Origin: Bacteriovoracia bacterium
Lineage (GTDB): Bacteria > Bdellovibrionota > UBA1018 > CAIPTA01
Assembly: GCA_050246755.1 (NCBI GenBank)
Contig: JBFWVL010000006.1
Span: forward strand, 1 to 64,000
Reading direction: 5' to 3'
DNA: 64,000 bases
A program made the position numbers and the translations under genes. Of the stretch, positions 47,639-56,218 are shown piece by piece. Numbering within the stretch: position 1 is the first letter of the stretch; each line of letters opens with the position of its first letter. The notes beneath the pieces are model-generated. The model saw only the letters and a program-made list of their open reading frames with translations. It had not been told where the DNA came from and did not search any database.

Positions 47639-49173
47639 AGAGCAAAAAGCATGATGGAAAATCAGACGGTTTTACGGCTTTAGGAAAAGTGATCGGCGGA
47701 ACGGCCCGCTTTTTTGGTTCGGTGATCTGGACCGGGATTCGCTACGGCGTCCATTGGAAACCGAGAGTGTTTCTCTCTTGGGGCATTTACCTTGTGTGGA
47801 TCGCCCTCGTCATCTTCGGGCCGAGGTGGAACTTGAGCGTTCTGCTTCAGCTCGCGGGCTCAATCGTAGGATGGGGCGGATTCGGCGCGTGGATGGGGGC
47901 GCACGTTCCGCGCCTGGTGCAGCTCTTTGTGTTTTTCGTTCTGCCCCTGTGCGGCTGGCTGTTCGCGCACGGAATCCGAACGTGGATCGGCTTGAAAAAG
48001 TATCAGCGGGCCATCGACCACTTGGGGCTGAAGACGCCCACGGGGGTCACGCCGAAAGTCGCTCGGGTCGTCGAACTTGAGAACAAGCAGCGCCGGGTTC
48101 TCGTTCACGCCGTTGGGCTCGATGTGGCTCAGTTTCGGGATAAGAAAGGCGTTTTGGAATCGAGCTTCAACGCCATCGTGCAGGAAGTTCGCGTGACACC
48201 AGCAAATCGCCAGATGGTCGAGATCCTGGTTTCCGACCGGGAGCTGCCGACGCTCGTGCGCTTCGACTCTCACGCGGAAGCCTTACGCAAGCCCTACACG
48301 TTCCTCGTGGGCGAAACGGTGGATGGTTTTATCACCGCCGATCTGTGTGAGATCCACCACCTACTGATCGGGGGCGCGACAGGAGGAGGAAAAAGCGTGT
48401 TCTTCAAGCAGGCGTTGGTTGGAATCCTGAAAAGCTCCGACCACGTTCAGCTCTATCTTTTGGACCTGAAACGCGGAGTTGAGTTTCGGGTTTTCGGCAC
48501 ACTCAAGAACGTGCGGGTTTCCAAGGACGAGGCCACGGCGATTTCCATGCTCCAGCGGGTTGTTGAGGAAATGGAGCGCCGGTTCCGCATTCTGGAGGAA
48601 AAGGGATTCACCGAGATCGTGCCGGAAAGGGATGGGTTGGATCGAATCGTGGTCGCGGTGGACGAGGCTTCCGTGCTGTTCACCGTCGGCAAGATGTCAA
48701 AGGAAAGCAAGGCCGCTGCCATAGGTGCCCGCGAGCTGACGGACAAGATCGCCAAGCTCGGCCGCGCCGCTGGCATTCACTTGATCCTGGCGACGCAAAA
48801 GGTTGTGAAGGAAACCATCGACACCCGTGTTCAGACGAACATCAACGCGAAAATGTGTTTTCGCGTGAACACCATCGCAAGCTCAATGACCGTGCTGGGT
48901 AATAAGAAGGCCGCAGACCTCCCCGACATCAAAGGGCGCGGCATTTGGTCCGTTGGAAGCAACGATCTGGTCGTTCAGGTTCCATATCTGGACGGCGACG
49001 AGATCAACGAGGAAGTCTTGGGCCTGGCTGCCAAGTTCAACGGTGAAGCATCGCCGCTGAAGCAAAAAATGCTTCAAACGATGGCGCCGAAGAAGAAGCG
49101 GTCCAAGAGCAACACCATGAGCCAGGAGGAGATCGAACAATTCGAGGCCGAGGAGAATCAGGATGTCGATTGA
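47635..49173 (+). CDS. FtsK/SpoIIIE-family ATPase, putative coupling protein (start ATA 47635 or GTG 47689)
   Basis: N-terminal TM helices, HLLIGGATGGGKS, DLKRGVEF, EMERR, VDEA, GRAAGIHLILATQ, GRGI. Confidence 0.88.
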   Translation: MESKKHDGKSDGFTALGKVIGGTARFFGSVIWTGIRYGVHWKPRVFLSWGIYLVWIALVIFGPRWNLSVLLQLAGSIVGWGGFGAWMGAHVPRLVQLFVFFVLPLCGWLFAHGIRTWIGLKKYQRAIDHLGLKTPTGVTPKVARVVELENKQRRVLVHAVGLDVAQFRDKKGVLESSFNAIVQEVRVTPANRQMVEILVSDRELPTLVRFDSHAEALRKPYTFLVGETVDGFITADLCEIHHLLIGGATGGGKSVFFKQALVGILKSSDHVQLYLLDLKRGVEFRVFGTLKNVRVSKDEATAISMLQRVVEEMERRFRILEEKGFTEIVPERDGLDRIVVAVDEASVLFTVGKMSKESKAAAIGARELTDKIAKLGRAAGIHLILATQKVVKETIDTRVQTNINAKMCFRVNTIASSMTVLGNKKAADLPDIKGRGIWSVGSNDLVVQVPYLDGDEINEEVLGLAAKFNGEASPLKQKMLQTMAPKKKRSKSNTMSQEEIEQFEAEENQDVD

Positions 49174-49903
49174 TATTCAGCCACGGGACCGGCGGATCAT
49201 GCGCCATGTGTTCGTTCATCGTGTTGCGACTTACGATCAGATTCGCAGGAAGTTTTTCACTAAGAACTTTGAAACGGTGGCGAGAAATCGCATTCGTAAG
49301 CTGGTTAAGCACGGATATTTCCGCTCGTTCGGCGCGGAACATGGTGGCGTCCTGATCCGCGCCTTGAGCCTTACGGAAAAATCGTGGCCGCTCATTTCGG
49401 AAGGATGGGGCTTTGACGTGGATAATCCGCACTTCCGCAGTGAATCCATCGAGCATGATTTTCGCTTGGCCGAGGTGGTCTTGAAGTTTGAAAGGCTCCA
49501 GTCCTTTGTGCGGTTCCTGTCGGAGAACCTTCTACAATCCTCATCGGCACTCGCGGCGGACCCGATTTTTCGGGATGCGGTCAACCTGCAAGCGGACGGC
49601 GTTCTCGCGCTCAAAGAAAAGGATGGCAGCTCTATTCTGTACGCGGTGGAGTATGAGATCAGCAAGAAAGCGCCGGATCGCTATATCCGAAAGCTCGAAG
49701 GCTACTATCAGGCCGGCGGCATTGATGGCGTTTTGTACGTCTGCGGGAATCAGGAGATCGCCGCCGCCGTTGCGCAGGCGGATCGTAAGATTCGCACGGG
49801 ACACGAATCCATCGTGTTCCTCGCCGGGGAATCCAGTGTTCTCAAGTCGGAAGGCAAGATCATCTTCAAGGGAGTCAGTGGTGGCGGCATAGGGCTTATT
49901 TGA
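49163..49903 (+). CDS. Replication-relaxation (Replic_Relax/MOBC-like) protein, putative relaxase
   Basis: QPRDRRI wHTH, IEHD, ADG...AVEYEISKK..RY..K..Y. Confidence 0.8.
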   Translation: MSIDIQPRDRRIMRHVFVHRVATYDQIRRKFFTKNFETVARNRIRKLVKHGYFRSFGAEHGGVLIRALSLTEKSWPLISEGWGFDVDNPHFRSESIEHDFRLAEVVLKFERLQSFVRFLSENLLQSSSALAADPIFRDAVNLQADGVLALKEKDGSSILYAVEYEISKKAPDRYIRKLEGYYQAGGIDGVLYVCGNQEIAAAVAQADRKIRTGHESIVFLAGESSVLKSEGKIIFKGVSGGGIGLI

Positions 49904-49925
49904 GGGGTCAGTCGGACGACTAAGT

Positions 49926-50101
49926 TGCCTCAGTTTTTTCTCAGTCGCTCGACTGAGGCATTTCAAGCGTAAGTGACTGATATGACGGAAATTCGGTTGC
50001 CGGTTTTTATGGGGGGTCACGGCCATACGGAAATTTGCTTCTGAGACGATTTTGCCGGGAGGCAAGGTCGTCGAAGGAGCAAGAAGTGACGAGGCCGTGA
50101 C
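49926..50101 (+). other. Structured intergenic region: oriT candidate plus an ~86-nt hairpin
   Basis: CTCAGTCG-CT-CGACTGAG (49940-49957); nested stems 50016-24/50093-101, 50035-42/50075-82 and 50045-56/50061-72 with a GGGA loop. Confidence 0.55.
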
Positions 50102-50159
50102 GGAGCGGCGGCGGGCCGGAGGAAGGATAGAGCGTATTAAATAACAAGAGGAGCTACAT

Positions 50160-50570
50160 ATAAGAGCAAAACTTTTTGTCGGATTTGTTGCAGTTCTAAC
50201 GATGAATGGATGTTCTACGCTGCGCGAGTCGCTGATTCTCGGCGCAGGAACCGGTGCGGTCGTCGGCGGCATCGCTGGCGGTCAGCGGCCCGGTGATCGT
50301 GGCGAGAACGCGATCATGGGTGCTGTGATCGGCGGTGTTGCCGCCGGTCTTGCGAGCTACGCCATCCACGGGGCACTGGAGAGGCGCGACGCGAACGTGC
50401 GCCGCGAGACGCTGATGAACCTGGAGCATTACGATGTTCTTGGCTTCGAGGGCCTGAACGCCAACCCCGGCGGCGACCGTAGCGGCAAGTGCTTCACCAC
50501 GCAGGAGGTTGACGGCCGGCTCATGTCGATTCCCTGCGACCTCGTGAATGGATCGGATGAGGCCAAGTGA
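50160..50570 (+). CDS. Glycine-zipper lipoprotein (signal peptide requires an ATA start)
   Basis: GAGGAG RBS 6 nt before ATA; IRAKLFVGFVAVLTMNGC lipobox; homologous to 3786-4220. Confidence 0.65.
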   Translation: MRAKLFVGFVAVLTMNGCSTLRESLILGAGTGAVVGGIAGGQRPGDRGENAIMGAVIGGVAAGLASYAIHGALERRDANVRRETLMNLEHYDVLGFEGLNANPGGDRSGKCFTTQEVDGRLMSIPCDLVNGSDEAK

Positions 50571-50959
50571 GGAACGATCCCATGCAGCCGGGTGCGAATA
50601 AAGAATTCCTGCGCGTTGCCTTGGATAAACAAGCGGCTTTAGCTTTCGCGCAGATGGCAAACCGCCTGAAGGCCCAGAACCCGCACGTCCGGGTTCAGCC
50701 TTCGGCCTTCGTGAGTTTTCTGGTATCGGATTTCTTCACTACTTATTTTGAAAAGGATCTTGGGATTCTGGTGGCCGAGTTCTTCGACTCGAAGAGCTAC
50801 CACGAGGCGCAGTTGCGGCAAGCTAAGGCCCAGGGCGATTTTGAAAGGGTCATGTCGGAATCCCTGGTCACGATTCGGAAGATCAAGGCCAGGGCGCGGC
50901 GTAAAAGCGGCCAGAAGCGGAAGGCCAAGCCGTCGCCCACCTCCACGAGCGCCGAGTGA
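50567..50959 (+). CDS. Hypothetical RHH-like protein
   Basis: Similar by eye to 5192-5713; GTGA coupling to the upstream gene. Confidence 0.55.
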   Translation: MRNDPMQPGANKEFLRVALDKQAALAFAQMANRLKAQNPHVRVQPSAFVSFLVSDFFTTYFEKDLGILVAEFFDSKSYHEAQLRQAKAQGDFERVMSESLVTIRKIKARARRKSGQKRKAKPSPTSTSAE

Positions 50960-51028
50960 AGCAATATAATCGTGCGCGGGAACGAAAAAATCTCTTGAAT
51001 AGTCTTCTAAAAGAGACTATATTGGCAA

Positions 51029-51274
51029 GTGATGGATCTGGACGAGTTCACGCTGGCAGACAGATTGAAGGAACAGCTTCTGACCTCCATCGAGAAGACG
51101 ATGGAGGATGCGAATATCAGCCAAGGGGAAGTTGCTCGGAGAATCGGCGCTCTCCGGCGGAACGTGAATCAGATCATGGGTCGGAAGAAAAACGCGTCCC
51201 TCGACTACATATTGAAAATGGCCGAGAGCATCGGCCTCGATGTGGAGATGAGGGTCAAGAAACCGAGGGCTTGA
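51029..51274 (+). CDS. XRE-family HTH protein
   Basis: MEDANISQGEVARRIG..RRNVNQIM..NASLDYILKMAESIG. Confidence 0.8.
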   Translation: MMDLDEFTLADRLKEQLLTSIEKTMEDANISQGEVARRIGALRRNVNQIMGRKKNASLDYILKMAESIGLDVEMRVKKPRA

Positions 51275-51360
51275 AGAAGGCCAGCGGTGACTTCGCCGAT
51301 TGCGGCGGGTGATTCATCCGATCCAAAATTGATGATGGTTTTTCGACCCCACAAGGGTCA

Positions 51361-51537
51361 TTGCTCTTTGACAATTCATGGTTAGATACGAAAGAGGCAG
51401 CGGTGTACTTGCGGACCTCTCCGAAGCAGATTCGGAGCTGGGTCTATCAAGGGAAAATCAGGGCCTACAAACTTCTCGGACGTAGTTACCGATTCAAAAA
51501 ACAGGATCTCGACTCCTTGCTGAAAGGGGTCGGATAA
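51361..51537 (+). CDS. xis: Excisionase-family HTH_17 protein (absent from the ORF track, 58 aa)
   Basis: Manual translation LLFDNSWLDTKEAAVYLRTSPKQIRSWVYQGKIRAYKLLGRSYRFKKQDLDSLL; TAATG overlap with int. Confidence 0.85.
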   Translation: MLFDNSWLDTKEAAVYLRTSPKQIRSWVYQGKIRAYKLLGRSYRFKKQDLDSLLKGVG

Positions 51538-52688
51538 TGTCGATTACGTCATATAAGAAAGAAGTTTTGCCAGGAGTGACCAAGAGATTCTTTTTGGTTT
51601 TGGCCGAGGGAATCAACAAGTACACCGGAAAGAGAGTCCAAAAGAAACGCAGGGGCATCACGTCGGAGGTAAAAGCCGAACGTGTTTACCGCGAGTTGTG
51701 GAGTCTATGCCGGGAAGAGCGGCCCGATGGTCCCGCGATCAAAACGTGGGGCGAGTTGAAGGCCGCTTATCTCGACTACGTTCAGAAGAACATCCGAAGC
51801 GAAACCAATAAACATGGTTTTAGCCCGAAGACGTTCGAGAAGAAAAAGAGCCGGTTCAATCATTTGAATGACTGGCACGATCTCCACCTCGCCCTCATCA
51901 ATCCGCAGCGGTTGCGGGAGCGGTTAGATACCCTGGAAGCCCAGGGTATCGCCACTCGTGAGTTGACCAGGGATATTCAGAAGGAAATCCGGTGCGTCTT
52001 CAGCTATGCGGTTGATCGAGGGGCACTCAGCGCGAACCCGCTGGCCGAGATGAAGAACAGGCCGGTTCCGAAAAAGCGAAAGCAGGCTTTGAATCACGAG
52101 GAGGCCAACAAGCTCCTCTCCGAAGCCCGCCACCGGAACCATCCCTATTTCTTCATCTGGTTGTTGTCGATTGCGCTGGGCCTCCGCCGGAGCGAGCTTG
52201 CCGGACTGAAATGGCTGGACATTGATTTTGAAAATCGTCTGGCCCATATCAGGCGGCAGGATATTCCGAGGGAGGGCATCGTCGATGATCTGAAGAACCA
52301 TAAGGAGCGGGTCGTTGCGATCCCGGCCTTCGTTATCCCGACTCTCAAGGAGTACAAGCTACGGTCGAAGACGGATTTTGTGATTGAGGTGGACTGCAAG
52401 CAGTGGAAAAGCGGCAACCAAGCCGCCGTGTTACGGGAGTTTTGCCGGGAAATCGGCATCAAGGAAGTGACGCACCACCGACTGCGGGCCACGCATATCA
52501 CGCTGGCTTTGGTCGATGGCATCCCCTTGGGGATCGTGAAAGAAAACGTGGGGCACTCGAAGCTGAGTACCACGGACGAATACTTCAGTTCGTCCGGTAT
52601 CCAGATGCGAGGCCAAACGGATGGACTGCGAATCAAAGTGCCAACGGGAGTGGAAGCGGAAGTGATGCCGCTCAGGGCTGCAAAATGA
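51537..52688 (+). CDS. int: Tyrosine integrase (Int2)
   Basis: LGLRRSE, HHRLR, VGHS, TTDEY; related to Int1. Confidence 0.93.
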   Translation: MSITSYKKEVLPGVTKRFFLVLAEGINKYTGKRVQKKRRGITSEVKAERVYRELWSLCREERPDGPAIKTWGELKAAYLDYVQKNIRSETNKHGFSPKTFEKKKSRFNHLNDWHDLHLALINPQRLRERLDTLEAQGIATRELTRDIQKEIRCVFSYAVDRGALSANPLAEMKNRPVPKKRKQALNHEEANKLLSEARHRNHPYFFIWLLSIALGLRRSELAGLKWLDIDFENRLAHIRRQDIPREGIVDDLKNHKERVVAIPAFVIPTLKEYKLRSKTDFVIEVDCKQWKSGNQAAVLREFCREIGIKEVTHHRLRATHITLALVDGIPLGIVKENVGHSKLSTTDEYFSSSGIQMRGQTDGLRIKVPTGVEAEVMPLRAAK

Positions 52689-52690
52689 AC

Positions 52691-52759
52691 CCCTTCCATT
52701 CCCTGCCAGGTCGTGCTAACTATTTGAATTCATTGGCCGGGGATTACCCCGACCAATTT
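52691..52759 (+). repeat. Right att region of element 2: arm repeats and core copy 2
   Basis: CCCTTCCATTCCCTGCCA (52691-52708); TTGGCCGGGG/CCCCGACCAA inverted pair; ACCCCGACCAATTT at 52746-52759. Confidence 0.75.
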
Positions 52760-52890
52760 ATTCTTCACGCAGTTAGCACAATCCCAAAATGGGCATCGTT
52801 CTAAGTAGTTAAATTCTCTCAGAGTCCATATTCGGTTTTTTGAGAATGTCACTCTACGTCCCCTGAGAACCCTGTAGTTCCCTGCCAAAC
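52760..52890 (+). mobile_element. Left end of a third, related element
   Basis: 52800-52887 aligns by eye with 8171-8258 (TCTAARTASTTAAA...TGTAGTTCCCTKCCA). Confidence 0.55.
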
Positions 52891-53021
52891 CAATTGAGTA
52901 AAGTGCCGAAAAGAATGCTCCGCAAGGCAATCAATGGCGGAGGAAATCTAACCTGTGCGCTATCGACATCCACTTTAAAAAAATCATTTAGTTGCGGAGA
53001 GCCCACCAGCGCGAGGACGAC

Positions 53022-53801
53022 TCAATCTAATTTGCTCAGCATCCGATCCACCGACCGACTCATCTGCTTTAAAATGAAATCAGGTGCAATTCGGCTCATC
53101 ATTTTAAGCTGGTTGCTCTGGCCCGGCCGAATTTCGAATCGATCGTTCATCATGCCGTTGACCGCGACCTTCACCATATCTTCGACCTTCATGATCGAAA
53201 TGCCCTTCCTATCTTCTTCAGACAAGTCTCCGAGAAGCTCGGTTTGAGTGGCCGGCGGTGCAAGTTCAAAGACTTTCACTTTGGTGTTTTTGAGCTGGAC
53301 CCTCAGGGAAAGAGTATACGAGTGAAGTCCCGCTTTAGTGGCGCAGTAGACCGGAGAGACGGGGAGTGGAACAAACGCGAGACCTGAGGTCACGTTAACA
53401 ATTGCCGCCGCAGCTTTTGCTTTAAGGTGCGGCAGGAACTGTTTCACCATCCGAATCGGGCCATTCAAATTGATTTCAATTTCTTGCGTAAGATCAGTCA
53501 ATGTTCCGGTGGTGTCGTGAACGTTAATGGTCTTCATAATGCCGGCATTGTTGATCAGTATATTTAAATCAGGAAATTGTTTCGTGACTTGTTCGTACAA
53601 TGCAACAACCGCTTTAGGATCGCTCACGTCACTTTGAATTGTATGAATTTTTGGGAAACTTTTTTTAGTGCGCTCGAGCTTTTGCAAATCACGTCCAGTG
53701 ACAATGATGGTATTGTCGAGGTCACTCAGTTGCCTGATAAATTCAAAGCCAATTCCACTGGTGCCGCCTGTGATTAAAATCGTATTCTTTGTCATTTTCA
53801 T
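53022..53801 (-). CDS. Short-chain dehydrogenase (DltE-like)
   Basis: TGGTSGIG, NNAG, YCATK. Confidence 0.92.
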   Translation of the reverse strand: MKMTKNTILITGGTSGIGFEFIRQLSDLDNTIIVTGRDLQKLERTKKSFPKIHTIQSDVSDPKAVVALYEQVTKQFPDLNILINNAGIMKTINVHDTTGTLTDLTQEIEINLNGPIRMVKQFLPHLKAKAAAAIVNVTSGLAFVPLPVSPVYCATKAGLHSYTLSLRVQLKNTKVKVFELAPPATQTELLGDLSEEDRKGISIMKVEDMVKVAVNGMMNDRFEIRPGQSNQLKMMSRIAPDFILKQMSRSVDRMLSKLD

Positions 53802-53859
53802 AAAACACCTCCGAAAGATAATTTTGTCCGAGCTTGAGTCCGGGTTCAGCGGCCCAATC

Positions 53860-54792
53860 TTAACCTGAAAACGCCTCGGTCAACAGATCCTGTGCGGCCG
53901 TTGCGCCTGCCCACTGCCCAGTCGATAACGCGCCGACTACGGCATGTTGCATTGTCATACTGTCCCCACCGGCGTAGACTCCAGGAACACTTGTTCGATT
54001 CCATTCATCGACTTTGTAGAGGCCCTTTTCATTTTTTTCGCAGCCCAAACTCTCACCCACGTCAGACTTCATCTTAAAGGGCATTGGACCACCGCCCAAC
54101 ATGGCGTCGAGTTCAAATCGCTTACCCCCCGCAATCACCGCTTGCAGAGCATTCCCATCGTGGATCAGCTTTTCCACCGGATGCTCGATGATCCGCACTT
54201 TTCTGCACCGGAACATTTCCGTCTGCTCGGAGGTCAGCTCGCTTTTGCCGTGAGTGAACAGAGTGATGTCAGAAGTCACGCCCGAGATCATAGGAACGAA
54301 GCGCATGGCCGCAGCGCCATTGGCAAACACGCCCATTCTTTCACCTCGGTGTTCATAAGCATGACAAAACGGGCAGTGAAATAGGGATTTGCCCCAAAGC
54401 TCTTGCATGCCTGGGATCGGGGGTAATCGGTCTTCAACCCCGTAGGCAAGAATGACCTTCTTGACCTTCACCGCGCTCTTGGACGAAAGCGTGGCTTCAA
54501 ATCCTCCATGTACCTTAACGACCGAGGCTACGGCTCCCTCGAAAAAATGGACAGTATCGTACCTCTCGATGTCGATCCTTGCTTTCTTGCGCCATTCAAG
54601 AGGCGATAGACCTTCATGGCTCGCGAAGTTATACATATGTGCGGCCGCTAGGTTGCGGGGACGATAGTCGTCGCAGACCAAGACTGACCGCCGCAACCGA
54701 CCCAATGACATAGCTGCTCCTAATCCAGCGGGTCCGCCCCCGATGACTAGGACCTCGTGATCCCACTTCACTCTGTTTTCAGGGAAATTCAT
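53860..54792 (-). CDS. NAD(P)/FAD-dependent thioredoxin-reductase-like oxidoreductase
   Basis: GGGPAG, HCPFCH, TSVPGVYAGGD. Confidence 0.9.
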   Translation of the reverse strand: MNFPENRVKWDHEVLVIGGGPAGLGAAMSLGRLRRSVLVCDDYRPRNLAAAHMYNFASHEGLSPLEWRKKARIDIERYDTVHFFEGAVASVVKVHGGFEATLSSKSAVKVKKVILAYGVEDRLPPIPGMQELWGKSLFHCPFCHAYEHRGERMGVFANGAAAMRFVPMISGVTSDITLFTHGKSELTSEQTEMFRCRKVRIIEHPVEKLIHDGNALQAVIAGGKRFELDAMLGGGPMPFKMKSDVGESLGCEKNEKGLYKVDEWNRTSVPGVYAGGDSMTMQHAVVGALSTGQWAGATAAQDLLTEAFSG

Positions 54793-55457
54793 TTCATACT
54801 CCTTGGTTGATCGTTCTTTTGTGTGACGAACAAGCCGGACTGAACATTCCGCCATGCCGATTCAAGGGCCAAAAGGCTGTTGAATCCATCTTTTCCAATC
54901 AAAAAATTCAAACGACCTTCAATGAGGAGCATCGCCAGGCCATGGATCGACGACCACATCTGCACCGAGATGGCGTTGATGTCCTCTCTATTTTTATCCG
55001 GAAAAATTTCCGAAACCGACAAATGCAAATTTTCAAAGCATGCTTTGCTGGCTGATTTCAGCTCTGGATTGTCAGCATCCAATCTCGATCCAAACATGAC
55101 TTTGTAGAGCGCCGGATTGCTTTTTGCGAATCGTAAATACTCAACAGAAGCAACTGAACATGGATTTTCGGCGTCTTTGGGCATGCTCAGAAATTTGGCC
55201 CGTAGCTTTGAAGACAAAGATTGAAATCCTTCAACGGCAAGACTGTTCAAGAGCCCATTGGCATCCTGAAAGTGATGGGCGGGAGCGCTGGGGGAAACCC
55301 CTGCACGGGCAGCGCACTTACGCAGCGTGAACCCCTCGTATCCAACTTCCTCAAGAAGCTCAGAAGCCGCGACCATCAGGGCGCGCTTTAAATCGCCGTG
55401 ATGATAGTCCGTTGTGCGAGTCGTTGATTTCCTCTTTTTCTCTTTCTTTGCAACCAT
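54789..55457 (-). CDS. TetR-family regulator
   Basis: YHHGDL, FTLRKCAARAGVS.SAPAHHF, WSSIHG. Confidence 0.92.
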   Translation of the reverse strand: MVAKKEKKRKSTTRTTDYHHGDLKRALMVAASELLEEVGYEGFTLRKCAARAGVSPSAPAHHFQDANGLLNSLAVEGFQSLSSKLRAKFLSMPKDAENPCSVASVEYLRFAKSNPALYKVMFGSRLDADNPELKSASKACFENLHLSVSEIFPDKNREDINAISVQMWSSIHGLAMLLIEGRLNFLIGKDGFNSLLALESAWRNVQSGLFVTQKNDQPRSMK

Positions 55458-55502
55458 TTAGAGCTCCTTTCCCTGGTTTGGTTTGAGTCAGCCTAACATG
55501 CT

Positions 55503-55552
55503 ATCTTGACACTGACAAGATTCCGATCTAGTAATCTAGACACCGTTAAGAT
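55503..55552. promoter_or_regulatory. Two TetR-type operators in the divergent promoter
   Basis: ATCTTGACACTGACAAGAT (55503-55521) and ATCTAGACACCGTTAAGAT (55534-55552). Confidence 0.7.
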
Positions 55553-55561
55553 TGGAGCCTA

Positions 55562-56218
55562 ATGATGGATCACTTGTCAATGAATAAGAAAATCTATGTC
55601 CTAGCCCTCAGCTTACTTTTGATGCCACAGGGGGCGAGTGCCACCGATCATAGGGTCTCAATTATCAAAGCCGAGCCCGTCTCAGCGACCGTACCGCTGA
55701 CATTGATTGCTGATGTTTCAGATTCGCCTGATAGCAAAGTCACTTCGCTGGCCGGGCGGAACTATCGTCTCTCGATTCTGGTTCCCAGGGGCACGGTCTT
55801 TAATTTGTCGCTCGGCTCAAGTGTGCCGGTGGCCTTACCAACGATCCATCACCGAAATGCTCGAGCAAAAGTGAGTTCGATTTCCAAAACCAAAATCGAG
55901 CTTATGCTCGCCAACCAAGTTCAGCTGCTCGAAGGTCAAAGGCTGCGGGTGACTCTTCCGGCAAAGCCGGTCCATCTTTATCGGATTCCTTTCCAGGCCG
56001 TTTACAGCCCAAGAGGCATAACAGCTGAGGTTTTTGTTCTATCAAGTGATCAACGAGTGAATCTTGTTCCCATCGTTCCTCTCCGTGTACTCTCAAACGG
56101 AAACGTCGTCGTTTTCTCCGATCAACTCAAAGGCGCCACTATCGTCGTGCAAGGAACAGACAATCTTGTCTCGGGAGATAAAGTTCAAGTCATCGAACAG
56201 AAAGAAGCTCATTTATGA
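55562..56218 (+). CDS. Short membrane-fusion-protein-like periplasmic adaptor
   Basis: Signal peptide; C-terminal IPFQAV..VFV..IVVQG..LVSGDKVQV; no alpha-hairpin evident. Confidence 0.65.
   Translation: MMDHLSMNKKIYVLALSLLLMPQGASATDHRVSIIKAEPVSATVPLTLIADVSDSPDSKVTSLAGRNYRLSILVPRGTVFNLSLGSSVPVALPTIHHRNARAKVSSISKTKIELMLANQVQLLEGQRLRVTLPAKPVHLYRIPFQAVYSPRGITAEVFVLSSDQRVNLVPIVPLRVLSNGNVVVFSDQLKGATIVVQGTDNLVSGDKVQVIEQKEAHL

Larger units (their letters stand above)
8117..52759. mobile_element. Integrative conjugative element (element 2), ~44.6 kb
   Basis: Bounded by 14-bp direct repeats; CCCTTCCA-TT(T)-CCCTGCCA arm-type repeats inside both ends; encodes T4SS, relaxase, xis and int. Confidence 0.85.
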
